DNA of 63,972 nucleotides, filler included, from Ministeria vibrans ATCC 50519 (lineage: Eukaryota; Protista; Filasterea): the NCBI GenBank assembly GCA_943704425.1. It is 9 parts of 9 records of this genome, joined end to end, with 100 filler letters (N's around TTAATTAATTAA, not from the genome) between each part and the next. Parts side by side here need not be neighbours in the genome. Positions count along the whole stretch, not along the records: positions 60,303 to 62,687 come from CALSCP010000228.1; positions 62,788 to 63,972 come from CALSCP010002156.1; 7 more parts are not named here. One strand, given 5' to 3'. The first letter of the stretch is position 1, and the number at the start of each line of letters is the position of its first letter. Position numbers and translations under genes: made by a program. The notes below the pieces were generated by a model. It had not been told where the DNA came from. It did not search any database and worked only from the letters and a program-made list of their open reading frames with translations. Shown here one piece after another: positions 60,558-63,972 of this stretch.

Positions 60558-62575
60558 GTAGCGTCATTTGATCGTGGGAATATCAGTGAGACGGACAACC
60601 ACAAGACACTGTCGCGGATGCTGGGGTGGAATCGAAAGAAGAAGGAGGCCAAGACAATGCTTGTGCGGCACGCGGGTGGCGTGACGAGCATTGCGTGCAT
60701 TCTGGACCGCAGTGGACACGCCTACTCGCTGACGGGCGGTGTTGATATGGTGCGCATATGTCTATTCACTTGAGTGTGTACATCTTCTTGCTCTTTGATT
60801 GCGCGTGCTACACGAAACTCATACTACTGAATGTCTTACCCGCATCGTAGTATTGTATTTCAATCCTTCTCTCTTTATCAGTCTGTTCTTTCTCTCTCTC
60901 TATCACTTTGTTTCTTTCTCTTATCACTTGGTTTCTATTTCCTCTCTCTATCACTTTGTTTCTTTCTCCTCTCTCTATCACTTCGTTTCTTTTTCCTCTT
61001 TCTATCACTTTGTTTCTTTCTCTTATCACTTGGTTTCTATTTCCTCTCTCTATCACTGTTTCTTTCTCCTATCACTTCGTTTCTTTCTCCTCTCTCTATC
61101 ACTTCGTTTCTTTCTCCTCTCTTTATCACTTTGTTTCTTTCTCTCTCTCTCTCTACTATTGTCACTTTTATGTTGACTGATCCATACTTTGTTTTCCCCT
61201 GCAGTGTGTTGTACTTGCCGATGTGGTGGACAATGACATTGTTGAGCGATGGAGAGGACACCAGAAACCGGTCACCAAGGTACATCAGTTTCCCTTTTTG
61301 GCTTGTGTGACTCATGCCTTCTATTCTGTCTCGGGTTTTCAGGTGTTGTTCTCAAAAGACGGCTCAATGTACAGTGGAGATGCAGGAGGTATCAAAACTA
61401 TCATCACAATCTTACGTTGTTTCCCTTTCTCATTCTTGTTTTTTACCTTTTGTGTGTGTGTCTGTGTTTGTGTCTGGTTAGGAATGATGTACCGGTGGGT
61501 TCTGGGGCAGGCTAAGCCTCAAGGTCGCTTTCAAGAGCATGCAGATCCAATCACTGGCCTCTGTGTTAACCCCAGTACGACACACATTCTCCCTCGCAAA
61601 AATACACTCTTTATATCACTCATTGCTTTTGTCTCTGTTTTGTGCCTCAGCGGGCGATCGCCTTGTGTCTGGCTCGCGCGACTTTACTGTGCGACTGTGG
61701 GACATTGAGCGCCAAAAGGTCATTGGCGGAGAATACATTATGGACAATCTGGTACACACAAGCGATCTCAAAAAGTATCTTAAAAAGTATCTTACTCATC
61801 CTGGAACGATCATTGGTATCAGGTGACCGAATGCAAATGGATTCCGGAGCAACAGTGCTTTCTGCAGTCGAGTGAGGATCACTATTTGCGCGTATGGGAC
61901 ACACGCACAATGTCAGTCGTACAGACATTCCCAAAGTGCCCAAACAGTCTCGTAAGACACAGAGAGAACAACGCAGAGAAAGCAGGAGAAGAGACAATTT
62001 CATGCTTTTGTTTGTCCACAGTCATCGTGTGACGTGCACAAGCGCGGAAACCACTTTCTGTCTGCATCTGCGGGGACACTACTCAAGGAGGATGACATGT
62101 ACGAAGCAACGCTGTGGGACCGAAGACAGCGCATGGCCATCAAGCTGTACCGCGGTCATGAGCAAGCACTCACCAGCTGCGCCTTCCTCCCGGCCATGCG
62201 CGGATGGCCTCAGCTCATTGCCACTTGCGGGTAAACACTATCAATATTATTATTAATTTTGATTTTGTTCTCTTGATCTCTCTGTTGCTTTGGCTCTCTG
62301 TCACACTTTTTTCACACACACACACACACGCACGCACATACATACATACATACATGCATACATACATACACCTTCTCACACTTGCATTGAAACTTTCACA
62401 GTGTCGATTGCTCCGTGCGTGTGTGGTACACCATGGGAGGCGAATGTGCTGCGCAGGTAACCGTCCCCGAAGTTGGCGCCTTTACCTCTATTGCTGGTGA
62501 TGGTGTCGGGGGTGTTCACTGTGGCTCTGTCTGGAAGGACGTTTACACTATGCAACTCAGTGGCCAGTGATCCAC
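60399..62575 (+). CDS. WDR31: WD40-repeat protein WDR31-like
   Basis: LVSGSRDFTVRLWDIE, NLVTECKWIP..LQSSEDHYLRVWDTR, EATLWDRR..YRGHEQALTSCAFLP..LIAT, matching the WDR31 pattern. Confidence 0.8.
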
Positions 62576-62632
62576 TATTTATTTTCTATCACTTTCTTTC
62601 TTTCTCCGTCCTCTCTCTCTCTCCCTATCGCT

Positions 62633-62687
<55 letters not shown>

Positions 62688-62789
62688 NNNNNNNNNNNNN
62701 NNNNNNNNNNNNNNNNNNNNNNNNNNNNNNNTTAATTAATTAANNNNNNNNNNNNNNNNNNNNNNNNNNNNNNNNNNNNNNNNNNNNCT

Positions 62790-63972
62790 GCAAACGCTTG
62801 CGGTACATGTCCCGGTGCGCAAGTTGCCTCATCGGCGGGTACCACCTGCGAAGAGTGTCCCGTCAACAAAATCCCAAAGGCTACCGGAAAGAGCTGCGTA
62901 CCCTGTCCTAACGGTCAACACCGTCCCCTTCGTCAGGACGGCTGCGTTGCGTGTGGCCCTGGTCGCTACTCGTACACTTCGGCAGTGTATGCCGGTGGCT
63001 GCAAGCTCTGTGCCGCTGGTAAATTTTCCTCCAGCGCTGGCGCAACAACATGCACCCCCTGTCCCACGGGCGCGTTTGCCAACACTGCCGGCCTCACCCA
63101 GTGTACCGTCTGTCCTCCTCGCCTCGCCGCCACCGGTATCGGCGCAACCGCGTGCAAGGCGTGTTCCGGGCAACAAGGTTACACTGTTGATGGGAAAACC
63201 TGCCTGGTGTGTCAGGCGTCAACACATAACCTCGTGGACGGTCGATGCACGAGGTGTACGGATGCCAACACCATCCCCAATGCAGGCGGTGGTTCCTGCA
63301 AACAGTGTCCGCTTGGTACAGTGCCCAATGCTGCAGGTGACGCGTGCGAGAACTGCCATGCGAGTGGCGGTTTTGCCATAAACCATGCTCGTGGCATCTG
63401 CCTGAAGTGCAAGGAGACCGAGAAGGTGAGCGGCACCGCATGCGTTCCCTGCCCAGCTGGCCAGAAGCGAGTCGCCCCTGGCACTCAATGTGGCGGTTTG
63501 AATTGCCCCGATCCGAATCAAATCAGTACAGACAAAGGTGGTGGCGGCACAACCTGCGAAAGTGTCGAAGTGGCCTGCTTAAAAAACCAGCGCGCCCTCA
63601 ATGGCGTATGTACTGACTGTCCTGGCGGTCAGATGCGGCACAGGACAAACGCTCAGACGTGTACGGCCGACGTCGCCGACGCCTGTCCGCCTGGCCAAGT
63701 GATGCAGCAAAATCGCGAAGGCTGCGTCACAGACCCATTAAAGGCCGAGTGGGCCGAGGTCGGGGAGAAACGCCTGTTTGCGTACATGGAAATGCCCTCA
63801 ATGAGTATCCGCCAACTTTTTGCCGCTGCCCAATTGCACATTGAATTTGTCAAGCGCGACACCCAGTGCTTTTCTAAACACGAGGGAGGCAACCTCGTTG
63901 GGTGCACTTGTGACTGGTTCCACGGCGACAAAGCCTTGGAGGAGCGTACGGAAATCGCTGGATTTTGCAGCC
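62790..63972 (+). CDS. Cys-rich (CxxC-PxG, GCC2/GCC3 or furin-like repeat) surface protein fragment, open at both ends
   Basis: A frame absent from the ORF track: ANACGTCPGAQV..CEECPVNK..CVPCPNGQ..CKLCAAGKFSSSAGATTCTPCPTGAFANTAG.., with no stop to the window end. Confidence 0.85.

Noticed and set aside
60799-61310. LYHFVS/SLSL-rich and poly-Ile/Asn ORFs in the ORF track
   Set aside because: Translations of micro- and minisatellites inside introns.

Overview
Eukaryotic nuclear DNA from a gene-dense, intron-rich genome (short GT-AG introns, abundant (CA)n/(CT)n/(ATT)n tracts, TTAGGG telomeric repeat). It is most plausibly a unicellular, possibly flagellated opisthokont or close relative; this is an inference from gene content. 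The window is not one contiguous locus. Eight artificial 100-nt linkers (N44-TTAATTAATTAA-N44, stops in all six frames) join nine pieces, so adjacency across linkers is unverified and many genes are cut. Recognisable genes: ARSK-like sulfatase, lysyl- and alanyl-tRNA synthetases, RXYLT1/TMEM5, DUF2433+RRM protein, tandem-PH adaptor, GAS2-like, eIF3L, NCBP1, TOPORS-like, STN1, 2OG-Fe(II) oxygenase, pepsin/BACE-like protease, MEI1-like, alanine aminotransferase, GINS4, HAD phosphatase, BNR-propeller protein, DHX15, TMEM64, GCP5, truncated lipin, Kelch-Cys-rich-EGF receptor kinase, NADPH oxidase, AGPAT, WDR31 and a Cys-rich repeat protein. Most notable: (1) a candidate telomere-targeted retroelement starting exactly at the TT|AGGG position of a (TTAGGG)8 array; (2) a short (TTC)n-tailed retroposon family with stacked truncated copies and a 15-bp flanking direct repeat; (3) an unannotated MEI1/PRD1-like meiotic gene; (4) an RXYLT1 homolog in an apparent non-animal; (5) a MITE-like element; (6) an altered HPFT motif in Nox; (7) two tail-to-tail or back-to-back gene-fragment junctions. 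Protein identities come from manual translation and remembered family motifs, not database searches. Exon boundaries are approximate.
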